Assembly: GCF_009914755.1 (NCBI RefSeq)
Contig: NC_060929.1
Length of the DNA: 64,000 nucleotides
Origin: the human T2T-CHM13v2.0 reference genome, Homo sapiens
Direction: 5' to 3' (one strand)
The translations under genes were made by a program, and so were the position numbers. This document shows, piece by piece, positions 42,961-55,120 of the stretch. The stretch's first letter is position 1. Every line of letters begins with the position of its first letter. Below the pieces are notes generated by a model. That model did no database searches. It saw only the letters and a list, made by a program, of their open reading frames with translations, and was not told the origin of the DNA.

Positions 42961-44016
42961 CACCCAGCCCTCCTCTTCCCCACAGTACCTCACCCTGGCT
43001 CTACTTCCAGCACTCCCCTCACCTGGCTGACCTGTGAAACTATCTACATTTACATATGTGTCTTCCTCAGAACCAGGCAGCAACCTGAGCTCAGGACCAG
43101 TGGCCCAGCAGGGGCCTGGCAAAGGGTGGGTGTGTTAGATGACTTTAGAGAGACCACCCTGGAAGAGGATCCCAAAGCAGGTGCCAGAAAAGTCTGTGAC
43201 CTCATCCAACTCTATGGACTAAAGGTCTGAGCATGGAATTAGTGGATGGAGCCTGAACACCTGCAGTCAGAAGACAAAGTGGCCCCTCCCAACACATAAC
43301 TTTCACAGGTACAACCTCTCTTGTTCCCATCACCTACATGGCTGAAAGCTTTGTCACATCAGTCTCAGAGGCCATGTCAAGAACACATTGCTCTTCCCTC
43401 ACCTGCACTGACCATCAATTTTTGCCTCCCAGATACTTAGAGACTTTGCATCGTTTATTCTTGCCATACCATGAGCCTTAACTCTCCCTCCCACCAAAGC
43501 AGATTTTCTCTGAAATGCCACCGGGTCCACAGGCTCCACGGGCCACCTCAGGAGACCTGCTCTGCAACCTCAGCCACCTCCTGGTTGGCTCCTCCGGCTG
43601 CTGCTCAGTCCCCCAAGACCTCTTCTCAAAGAGGGGGAAGAAGGGCAACACCAACAAATGAGAGCCAGGCTTTGTTCCCAAAGGGATGTTAAAATCCAGG
43701 ACATGCTTCAAGTACAGACTTTCTTCAGGAAAGGAGAGTCCAGAGTGATTGAGTGTTCGGGGTGCCCACACCTTTTTTATCTTTCAATTTTTCACTGGAA
43801 AAACATTTGAAAAGTGTCACCTCCATTTTCTGACATTCCTCAGCCTAGATGAGAGAGCAAAGCAGGATCTTTCTCAGTGAGGGAGGGTACCAGCATCAAA
43901 AATGAGAAACACAGAAACAAACGTGGGTGACTGGAAGAATGTGCTGATCTCTGGACACCCTCCACAGGTCTCATTTTTAACATACATACTTTTTAAACGG
44001 CTCTATTGAGGTATAA

Positions 44017-44059
44017 TGGGTTGGGGCAAAAGTAATTGCAGTTTTTGCCACTACTTTTT
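44017..44059 (+). mobile_element. Half MADE1 (Hsmar1-derived MITE), a single TIR
   Basis: gggttggggcaaaagtaattgcagtttttgccactactttt versus MADE1 TTAGGTTGGTGCAAAAGTAATTGCGGTTTTTGCCATTACTTTT. Confidence 0.85.
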
Positions 44060-44242
44060 CTGATTGGTTTATGTCTGTGTCCTATATATGTCTTTAAATA
44101 TTTTGTGTAAAACCTTTGCCCTGAATGAATGCACGTTCTCTGTTATAAAAGTTTCACCAGGGATCTTTTCTCTCTCTAACCAGAGTCCAAGCTGAAACAG
44201 GCAAGTGTTCTTTTGCCCTGTTTTACTAACAGATTTAAAAAA

Positions 44243-44364
44243 ATATATATGTGTGTGTGTATATATATATATGTACACATATATATACACACACATATGT
44301 ATATATATGTATATGTACATGTGTGTGTATGTGTATGTATATGTACATGTGTATATATATATAT
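44243..44364. repeat. 122-bp alternating purine-pyrimidine (AT/GT/AC) compound microsatellite
   Basis: Unbroken RY alternation, read directly. Confidence 0.93.
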
Positions 44365-46859
44365 CTCCCACCCTTTAACTCAGGGTGAACCCACTGAAGG
44401 TCTTGGATTTATGTTTGTGGTTTCAGCTCCAACTTCTCACTATGTTAGGACTTAAGGCATTGTATCCAGTCAACGGAAAGGAGCCAGTCAAGCTAATCAA
44501 GAGGTTTTGGGGCAACAGCTGCATATTATTGCATTGAAGCATGCAGCTGTTACCTTAAAATCTCTTGAGCTTCCCTACCTCCCCACCCCCCGGAGTCATG
44601 GTCAGGATTCTGTCTGGATTTCAGTGCTCCTCTCTCCCTACAACCAGGGATTTCCCTTACATCTTGCAAGCTCAACTATTAAAATAATGTCTGCATTATA
44701 ACTAGGAGTTCGGTATCAGAGAGTTTTCAGGGACTCTAGTCTATCATACGGCTGGATTTCCACGTGTACAACAACATTTCCAATGTGATGGAATCAGTGC
44801 TCCAACAGGGGAGTTTACAGGAAAGAAATGGTCTAGTTTGGCACAAAGGGCTCAGGAGGGTTCACTGAGGAGATGGTGCTTATGATAAGCCTTACAGTTA
44901 AAATCCCAGGAAAATGGTTCCTCCTTTTTTGTAGGGCTAGATGTGGGTGAGGGATCATCACAGTGCATTAAATTGCCAAAAACAATTGATGCATTCTCTC
45001 CATTCCACCTCTCCTTGTCCCTTGTTTGGTGCCAGGGAGTTGGGTTGTGCATTGGTTTATTATAAAGAGAAGCCAGGTGGCTGGACTAGATAGCTTCCAG
45101 CAGAAAATGGTAGAAGACAACGTGCATGATGTAGTGAATCTTGATTAGAGACACCTTTGGGGCATCCCACCCTCACTGATACATATCATCTTTTGGCCTC
45201 TCCACTGGAGAAGAGAAAGCAAAGAAATACTTCTAATGAGCTCAATCTGACCAAACTGTTTGGGGTCACCAGCTTCCTATAGCATCCAAGTTTCTTACCT
45301 GCCTGCCATTGTACAGCCTGACTTTGGGGAGGTTTGGATTCAAAAGCTGTCCTTACTGCTTTTGGATGAGAACTTGGGAAAACTCGCTTATTTGGACACA
45401 GGGCCTTTCCTGCTACTGGAGGTTTGCTGTTCTGAGCACCTTCCTGGACAGAATCTAGCAGCTCAAGAAGGACACCCTTGTTCAGAGGAAGAAGCATTTC
45501 TGTTCTGTTCATGGTATACAAAGATTCCCAAATGTTTCATTTGTTTCCGAAAGGGGAAAAAAAAAAAAAGAAAACTTGCTTTGGTAAAAATAAGAGCATC
45601 ATTAAAGCCCATTTCCTTCAATACACAATTATGGCAACAACTCATGGTAAGTCCCAACCCAGTTAATATTCCTTAATTTCCCCATATAACACACAGGTCT
45701 CAGCCTAGGGCTTATAAAGTAAGATCAGCTTCACTGAGCCCTACCTACATCTTGGCGCTGAAATGTTCTCTTGAAAAATATGAAGAAGTCTGACCATACT
45801 CATTAGAGCAGAATGTCAGCAAGGGAATATTCTGTTTGTCTCCTTTAAAGAAAAACAAAAGCGACATGATCATGAACTTAATTAAAGTTGTTTGCAGTGA
45901 TTTAATTAGGCTTATAGCACTGTGTCTATTCATTCTGGCCAGGGACCTTTCTGTCTTTTAAAGGATTGGTAGGCAGAGATATCATGTGCTGTGCAATTTT
46001 ACCTAATCCTTAATTTCATCTCCTGATGAAGTGAGGCCAAGCATCTTCGTGTTCAGGTAATTGCTTTATCAAATGGCTTAATTGTGCATTCAACAGAACT
46101 GACAACAAGAAGGTATTCTTCCTAATGTGTTTTTAACAAAAGCACTAACTAATTACATGGCATTCTACTCAGGGCATTTGAGAAGAAGAAATGAAAACCT
46201 ATTCTTCAAATCTTGGTTAAATGCATGTTTGCATACAGAACATAGAAATAAGTGGTAAAATAATTAGTTGAATTGCTTCCTTCTGCTCTAACTTCATGAC
46301 TAATCTGCATGCTTAAGTAGTCTGTGTAAATTCTGTGGATGTATTTTCACAATGGACGATGTCTGAACATCTGTGCTTTCTGAAAATGTCACAATAACCA
46401 TTTTGCCTGAAAGTTTATCTTCAGGAGCCAAAAAGACTGTGTTATCTTGGCATGTTCTAAGAAGAAATAAATGCTGGGAGAACTAAGGACAGATGTGTCC
46501 CACGATCAGAAGAAAGTATTAAAGCATTAAGCCAAATGGTTTAAAAACATCCTGAATTAAAATGACACTAGATCACATTCCCATAGATGAACTTCCTCTT
46601 CAGCTAAACAACATGTCTGGGATAAAAACTTGCCTTGCATGCCCCTCTATGCCCATCATTCCTAGAAACACAATATGCCTTAATACATTCTTACCAGCTC
46701 AAACCAGGCTCATGCGGCCATAGCATTTAATGAGGCTAACATAGTTAATATTTTAAAATGTGATTGGGTGGTATACTACTTATTAAATTTTATTCATGCA
46801 GTATAAACTCTTTTCCTCCCACTTCTTCTGCTGAAAAAAAATCTTAACTCTTATTCATA

Positions 46860-47286
46860 GCGAAGGTTGGGATGAAGAGGTTCATGTGACCAGAGCAGGC
46901 CAACCATAGGGCCATATCAGCCTGGATATAAGATTTCATTAAGGGAAGGGCACATGATTCAAAATGAGCTAGTTGGAATCTTTTGCCAGGATTAAAACAT
47001 GAGTAAATTTGTTTGGTGTTTCTAGGCTGGGAGCAAGTGAATCTGGGGCTATTAAAATCCCTATTCTCTGCTGAGGGAAGAAAGCCTCTTTGCAGAATAA
47101 ATACAAGTAGAAGCAAACAAAGACGAGAGATGGAAAGAAACGGAGTGGTGGCAACACTGAAGGTTTCCTTCTTTCTCTAAGGCCTGGCTACCCCAATATG
47201 CTTTCTAGTCTTTTATGCCAGTAACTGTCCTTTTTTGGGTTGAGTCATGTTTCTGTCATTAAAATCAAAAGCATTCTGATATTACA
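46860..47286 (+). mobile_element. Old MaLR LTR (MLT1K/L-like)
   Basis: catgtgaccagagcaggccaa…gggcacatga…gtttctgtcatt…caaaagcattctga. Confidence 0.5.
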
Positions 47287-47339
47287 ACTAGTATTTTACA
47301 TTACTTTTCAGATGGTTTTTCACTCGTGGAAGTAAAAAT

Positions 47340-47590
47340 TGCAGCTCTTGAGTCAGACAGACCAGGGTTCAAATATCTACTCTGCTACTTACTAGCGATA
47401 TTGACCTGAAAAAAGTTGTATAGCTTCAGTTTTCTCATTTTCAATTTAGGACTGACAATAGTACCTACCTTACAGGTTTACTGTGAGAGCTAGATGAAAT
47501 AATACAGAAAGTAAAATAAAGAATACTGCAGCACTTAGCACAATGTGATAGTGCTTAATATGCTCAATAATTACTGTTTTTCTGTCGTTA
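47340..47590 (+). mobile_element. MIR, near full length
   Basis: gagtcagacagaccagggttcaaat…acttactagc…atagtacctacct…tgctcaataa. Confidence 0.8.
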
Positions 47591-47615
47591 TTATTATTTA
47601 TTATTTAAATATCAC

Positions 47616-48397
<782 letters not shown>

Positions 48398-48751
48398 AAT
48401 TAATATTTTAAATATTATTCTGACTTTCTCCTTCCAAAAGCCCTGAAAATCAGAAAAGAGGATAATTCTAACAAAACTAGTACATGAACTCTATTTAAAC
48501 TAATAGTTGAGGATTTTCACATAATGTAAACTAGCTCTTTTTATTAAATGATATTTGGCTAAGGAAAGAAGGTTGAAAATGAGCAAGGACTGGGTGGAAA
48601 AGGCAAAATTCAGTCATCTGACACTGAGTGTTTGTCCCCAACCTTCAAACTGTTGAATGTATACAGCAAAATCACGTGGAGTTGGTTAGATGCCACTGAG
48701 TACTTCTCCAAACACATACAACTTCATTTGTTGGCTTTTTCTAAGCAGCAG

Positions 48752-49137
48752 TGATATGGTTTGGATCTGTGTTCCCACCCAAATCTCCTGTTGAATTGTA
48801 ATCCCCAGTGTTGGAGGTGGGGCTGGTGGGAGGTAATTGGACCATAGGGGCTGATCCCCACTTTGGTGCCATTTTCGTGATAAGAGTTCTCAGGAGATCT
48901 GTTTGTTCAAAAGTGTGTGGCATCTTCCTCATCTCTCTCTCTTCCTCCTGCTCCTGCCATGTAAGATGGGCCTGCTTCCACTTCAACTTCCACCATGATT
49001 ATAAATTTCCTGAGGCCTCCCCAGAAGCAGAAGCTTGTACAGCCTACAGAACCATAAGTCAATTAAACCTCTTTTTTAAAAATAAATTACCCAGTCTCAG
49101 GTATTTCTTTATAGCAGTGAGATAATGGACTAATACA
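48752..49137 (+). mobile_element. MSTA-like MaLR solo LTR
   Basis: tgatatggtttggatctgtg…cctgaggcctccccagaagcagaagc…ggactaataca. Confidence 0.9.
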
Positions 49138-49181
49138 AACAAAATCAAAATAATAAAATCTACCACCCAAATGCCTTATCG

Positions 49182-49676
49182 CAGGGTCCCCATCCCCAAG
49201 GCCATGGACTGCTACTGGTCTGTGGTCTGTTAGGAACCGGCCCACAGCAGGAAATAAGCAGTGGGCAAGCGAGCATTACTGCCTGAGCTCCGCTTCGTGT
49301 CACATCAGCGGTGGCATTAGATTCTCATAGGAGTGCGAATCCTACTGTGAACTACACATGCAAGGGATCTAGGTTGCATGCTCTTTATGAGAATCTAATG
49401 CCTGATGATCTGTCACTATCTCCCATCATCCCCATCTAGTTGTAGGAAAACAAGCTCGGGGCTCCCGCTGATGCTACACTATGGTGAGTTGTATAATTAT
49501 TTCATTACAACAAAATAATTATACAACATTGTGTATTATTATGTAATAATAATAGAAATAAAGTGCACAATAAATGTGATGTGTTTGAATCATCCAAAAA
49601 CTATCCCTGACATGGCCCAGGGAAAAAATGTCTTCCACAAAACTGGTCCCTGTGCCAAAAAAGTTGGGGACCGCTG
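49182..49676 (+). mobile_element. MER1A hAT-Charlie DNA transposon
   Basis: Termini cagggtcccc… and …gttggggaccgctg; 8-bp TSD ccttatcg (49174-49181) and ccttattg (49677-49684). Confidence 0.9.
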
Positions 49677-51309
49677 CCTTATTGGACTGTTGGTGTCCAC
49701 TGTGGTCTATCTGCACAAGACTCTTTTCCCCACTACCATCCAAGAGTAGGCATGGATGAAATCAGAATTTTAACTTCTCATCTCCCCTCAGTGCTGCACA
49801 GATGGGAACATCCAGTGACTTGCCTAATTGCTGCTGCTGCTGCTCTCATCCTTAACGCCATTGCTATTGCCATTGTGTTCCAGCCTGTGGATGCACAACA
49901 TGTGCAAGTGCCATCTTCTGCCTTCAGTTTCCAATAATTTTATTTTCTGCTTAGTCAGAAGCAAGGCCCTCACCAATAAGCCATTTGCAAGTAAAGCCAA
50001 TTTTCAACCCACGGGTCTGGTGGGAGCAGGACTATCCAAAAAATACTCCTGAAAACACCAACAGTCTCAACTCTGCTTAAAAGAAAAGTAGCCACACATA
50101 AAAACCTCCTATGCCTGACATGGTCACAAGGTCATAAAAGCCTTGGGAGACAGAGAAGTCATGCTGAGCTTAAAGCCATCTTGAGAAGTCTTACACATGC
50201 ACAACCCTGATTTGCTCCGACCCTGAGAATAGCCTGTTGTTAGGCAATGTCGGCCAATACAGACTCTACTTGCCAAGAACTTCAAACATGACCTTTACAA
50301 GGTAGCAATTGTTGGAAACTATTAAGATGCCTCTGAAAAAATAATATAATCTGCAGCGACAATATGCTGAAAGAAATGCCAACCCTGTAAAGCAAGTGCT
50401 CTCTCGCCTCCCTCACACGTGCTCAGGCAGAAGGGAAGAGAAACATTTTCCTCCACAGCAGTTCTTAACTCTGCGTCTCTCTTCTGTGTCGAGACATAAT
50501 TGAGCCATTTGCTAATTGTTTAACAGCAATTAAGGAAGAGAATGTCAGGGGGAGGGGAGTGACAGCAGACGGGTGTTTGCCTGCTTGGTCGCCGATTACC
50601 AGCAGCCAAGCTGATGCCAGTGAACAGTGCTGGCTCTCAAGACTCACAGTGGTGGCGCTTAGTGGGCCCTCTCCTCAAAGACAAGGCCCAGTGCTGGGAA
50701 GTGAGCAGTCAGCCCTGACATCTGAGCTTCAGTCAGGTGGGCCCAGATGACTGAAGTCCATAAAGTCCTATCAAAGGAGGCCTGGCAATTAGACACCCCC
50801 ACCCCCCACCACAACCAGAGCCAGGACCTGGAGCAGTAGCAACCTCCTCCTCTGCTCCTTTCTGAGCTCCCAGGAGCCCAGTTCCTCACCAGATCTCCTC
50901 CCATTTTCTAAAGCAGCTCTCTCCTCCAGAGTGAGAAAGCCTGAGACTGCCCACTTGGGTGAAGCCTGGGCTGCCCAGGGTCCAGTCAGCAGCATCAGTG
51001 CTTCTCTTCCAGCAGACAGAATTAAAAGCTGGCAATCAGGCCCCCAGCAAGCTTTACTCTTTCTATGCTGATAACAGAAAAGAAAGGAAAGGATTCCAGA
51101 AGTGCTGGGCTCCCAGATGGTCCAGGACAAAACCACAAAGCGGCAGGCAGGAGGACTTGCAAGTCCCGCCAAGCTGAAGACGGTGAAGAAGTCCTCCTGG
51201 GCTCGGAGCTGTAATGACTCTATATCTGAAATTCGAATCATTGCTAAGACCAGCTGTAGCTTCCCAAATACCTTTTTAGATGGTTTTCTATCCATCCCTG
51301 CACCCTCTC

Positions 51310-51985
51310 TGCAAATCCAGGCCTCCCTCACACCAGGCCCAGATGATTCCAGGAGGCTTCTCACAGTCACCCTGCCTCCAATCCTGCCCCAACCATGCCC
51401 ACCCTGCAGCCAGTGTAAGCATACTCAAAAATATAAACCTTTGGTAGGTTCCCCAATACTCTTCAGGTAAAGTCCAAACCCCTTCATGTGGCCCCTGCAA
51501 AATGTGGCCCTTGGTGACTTTTCTAGCCTCATTTCTACAGCTAGTGAACCCCTTTCCCTACCTCACATGTGACCCAGCCACACTGACAGTCACCAGTTCC
51601 TTCAAGGTGCCATGCTTTCTCTCACCTCTTCGACCCCCTCCTTCCTGACTGAATGAGCTCCTGTGCCCCCAGCTCTTACTCTGGTTGACTCTTTCCAGCC
51701 TTAAGATCTCACCTGAACCATCGCTTCCCCAAGAAGACTGCTTACACCTCCAAACTGGTTGAGGTGGCCTTGCTCTGTGTTCCTGCAGCTTCCCAAATGT
51801 CCCTTATCTAAACATCTATTCTAACGAAAGGAGACTGCTTTTCAATTTGTCTACCTTCCTTGTAAGTTCCATGAAAACTGGGGCTTTGTCTATTTTGTCT
51901 TTTGCCATATCCCTAGTATTTAACACAGTGTATGGTACAGAGTAGGAAATAACTCAATACATATTTATTGAATTTCTGAATTCAA
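51310..51985 (+). mobile_element. L2 fragment
   Basis: caggtaaagtccaaacc…cagccacactg…ttgtaagttccatgaa…ctcaatacatatttattgaat. Confidence 0.75.
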
Positions 51986-54299
51986 TAAAGTCAGAAATTT
52001 ACTTCAGTCTTCCTTGCCATAAAAATGCAGTATCAAGAGTAGTTAAGAAATTACTACGGCGATCCTTACTGCCTGGAAGCCAAGCGAAGGGTCAGAGTCT
52101 ATATCATACTCTCAAACCAGCTGCACTGTTGGCCTTCCATTTGTCAATTCCCTGTAGTACCCTTCTGTTCCTTATCTTTTATGGATTATGCTTTATAGTG
52201 TCTGAATAAACATTTATTGCCATGTAACATCTTACATCCCTTCATCTCAAGACTCTGTGCCTTTCTGTGCACTTTATCTTTGATCCTGGGGGAGTCACAC
52301 AGCTCTGAGTGGTGTCCCTGGTATCAGGGCATTAGAAGAGGCCTGCTGTAGACAAAGACTCCACAATGCATCCACCACTTCTAGGAACCTCTGACTATTG
52401 GGGGCCCGGAAGCAGAAGGAAAGCTTGTTTGATGAAACCCAAGGACAGATACCAGCATCAAGAACAGGAAGATGCTCAGGTTTCTTCTTCCAGCTGCCCC
52501 GGTGATGCTCACACAGCCATGGAACCCATCTTGAAGGAGTAAACAATTCACCTGGAAAAATGTGATTATGTATTATGGAGTGTGGGTTTCCCTGATGATG
52601 ATGGGACAGGGACAGTAATATATTTTTGCCAAAACTAATTTTTATGATTTTGACTTAATGACATTGAATCACCTCCAACTACACATGCGTCATGGTCTCA
52701 TCTGTCCTTTGTTTCCTGACACCGATGATCCAAAAAAGGTTCTAACTCCATGGGATGGGAAGTCATTTGCTCCTTTACAGTTAACTAATTCACTCTTACT
52801 AATTGAGCATCTACTGGTGGTCTCCAACAGGTTTGTCTCTGAGACTAAATCATCTTTTTGAACCTCAATAAATAAGTGGCCAGGTATTTAGGAGCAATGT
52901 CTAAAACACTCCAGTAGTAAATCCAACCAGACTGAAATAGCCCCCTTGGAAGGAAGCCTCATAGAATGCCACAGGGGTCTAGAATTGTCCTCTGCTTCAG
53001 AAGTCTTCAGCAATCAAAACACAGCTTCAGATTAAGTAATATTTGCCCCACTATGTTAAGAAAGAGAAAACACAAACTTCTAGATGTTCACATAAGACAG
53101 AAGACTAGCACACTAATGCCAAGAACCAACACCCATGCCATTTCCCACTGCAGCAGTGCCCCTCCCACCACTCTTTTCCCTTTATCTTCCAATAGAAGTG
53201 AACAGATCACAGATACCCAGGCAGGAGACCATGGGCGTAAAACTCCCACTATCCTTGTCTTTTGGGGCTTCGGTATATCCTACACGGAATATGGGAGAAG
53301 AATATTACAACCTTTGGTAAGATGGCTTTAGACATCTTCTTCTGCCCCAGGAAAAGGGTTAAGCAGGTCTGGGAAACTGAGAAGCTGGTCAGGCTGGTGC
53401 AGGAATTCAAAGACACTAAAGGAATATCAGGATGCTGTTTGGGAAGGTCTGAGGGCCAGGCCCAGCAGTATGTATATGCCACTCCTCTTATGAAGAATCC
53501 GAAGTCATTGCAAAGGGGTCTCCCCAATCCTTCTCAAACCAGCTATTAAGTACTTCTAAGCAGGCAACCTTCCCATATCCAAAAAGTCAACTTTCCTGCC
53601 CAAACTACCAAGAGGCTTTGACCAGCAAACATTTCCAGAGCTATTTCCCGGGCAACTGACAGCATTTCAGCCATGTCTGACAGGTTACCACTGCTCTTTG
53701 CAGCTCAAGGTTCACAGGGAGCTGGCATTTTAAGCTCCTCCTGCGAATGAGTGGCAGAGGTGAGTGAGCAGGTTTTTGCTGGGGTTTGATGTACAATACG
53801 CCACTTGCCCAAACAGTCCTGAGTACTCAGACATCTCATGGCTCATCTCCAGTCTCAGGCTGAGGATCAGACAGTTTGCTCCAGAGCTGGAAGGAATAAT
53901 TAGAACAGCACAAACAGGATCTTCACAAAGAGAGAAACATTGCAAGGAGCTGCTAAGTCTCTGCCAGAGCCCCAGGTTGGGTGTTCAGCTAAGCAGCTTG
54001 GCCCAGGATAGGGATGGCTTGTTTTTTTCTATTGCAAAGCTCTCTGCACCCCATTGACTCAAATCCAAGTTGAGTTATGCGGACTGGAATCTCCCCACTC
54101 CTTCTCAGCTAGACTCTTTTTTGGCTCCTCTCTTGGTAATGATGTTTTCTGAGCAGCCACTATCTACTACACCCCATGCCTGAGCAGCCACTATAAACGG
54201 TCTCTGCCTCTGGGATCTCACATTCTTAAGGCAATTATAATACCGAGTATCCCTCCAGCCTGGAATTGCCAGATCATCTTCTCACCTTCCAAGCTGGCT

Positions 54300-54748
54300 A
54301 AGTGTCCCTGCTTAGACGGTTTCAATATCCTCCCTCTCCTTCTTATCTCATGTTTCTCCACAGGGGCATCCTCATGGTTCTTCAAACACCTCACACTGAC
54401 TTACTGCACTGGCCCATGCTATTTTCTCTATCTGGAACATTCTACTCCTCCACTCTCAGTTTAAAGGACACCCCCTCAGAGACACCTTCCCGGATCACCA
54501 TTCCCTATAAAACAAGTCTCTCTCCAACCCTCTCTTTCAGAACTATGCTTCATAGTACTTACTAAAATTTGAAATTACATATTTATATGCTTGGTTACCT
54601 GTTTATTTCTGTGTTCCCTACCAGATGGTAACTTCCAAGTGAGTAGGAATGGTGCCTGTCTTATTTGCCACCGCCCTCACCCCATGTTTTGCACAGTGCA
54701 TACAACAACTGCAAGTGTTCAATAAGAGCTGCTGAACAAAGGAATGAA
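54300..54748 (+). mobile_element. L2 fragment
   Basis: cctcagagacaccttcc…aacttccaagtgagtagg…tcaataagagctgctgaacaaaggaatgaa. Confidence 0.65.
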
Positions 54749-54979
54749 AGATTCTTTCTACGGTGAGTGACCTGGAGCAAAAGGGGGCAGGCTCTGGAGG
54801 GCCCCATTAGTAACGATAGTGGCAAGGGAGAGCTAGCTGAGCATTTTTAGCAGAGGAGACACACAGACTTTTATTACAAAAATTCTCCTTCTTCGGATAT
54901 GTGGAAATTGACTTTGGGGTAGCAGAAGGGGCAGACTGGAGGCAGGGAGACCTATTAGAAGGGTTCTATAAACACTGAT

Positions 54980-55120
54980 ATCCTTGCTACTAAAAGTGTG
55001 GTCTGTGGACCAGCAGCTTGGTCATCACCTGGGAAACTGCTAGAAGTACAGAATGTCAGACCTGTCATCTCAGAATCTGCATTTTAACAGCATCTCCAGA
55101 TGATTGTTTACACACCTAGG
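54980..55120. mobile_element. MER5-family hAT MITE fragment
   Basis: gctactaaaagtgtggtctgtggaccagcagc…catcacctggg…cagaatctgcattttaaca. Confidence 0.8.

Noticed and set aside
44017-44059. miR-548-type microRNA hairpin
   Set aside because: Only one MADE1 arm is present, so no hairpin can form.
44069-44455. ORFs rich in Y/I/T/H/V/C
   Set aside because: Translations of the alternating dinucleotide repeat.
50789-51370. 193-aa minus-strand ORF
   Set aside because: Begins in an L2 fragment, no recognisable protein similarity, no clear exon boundaries.
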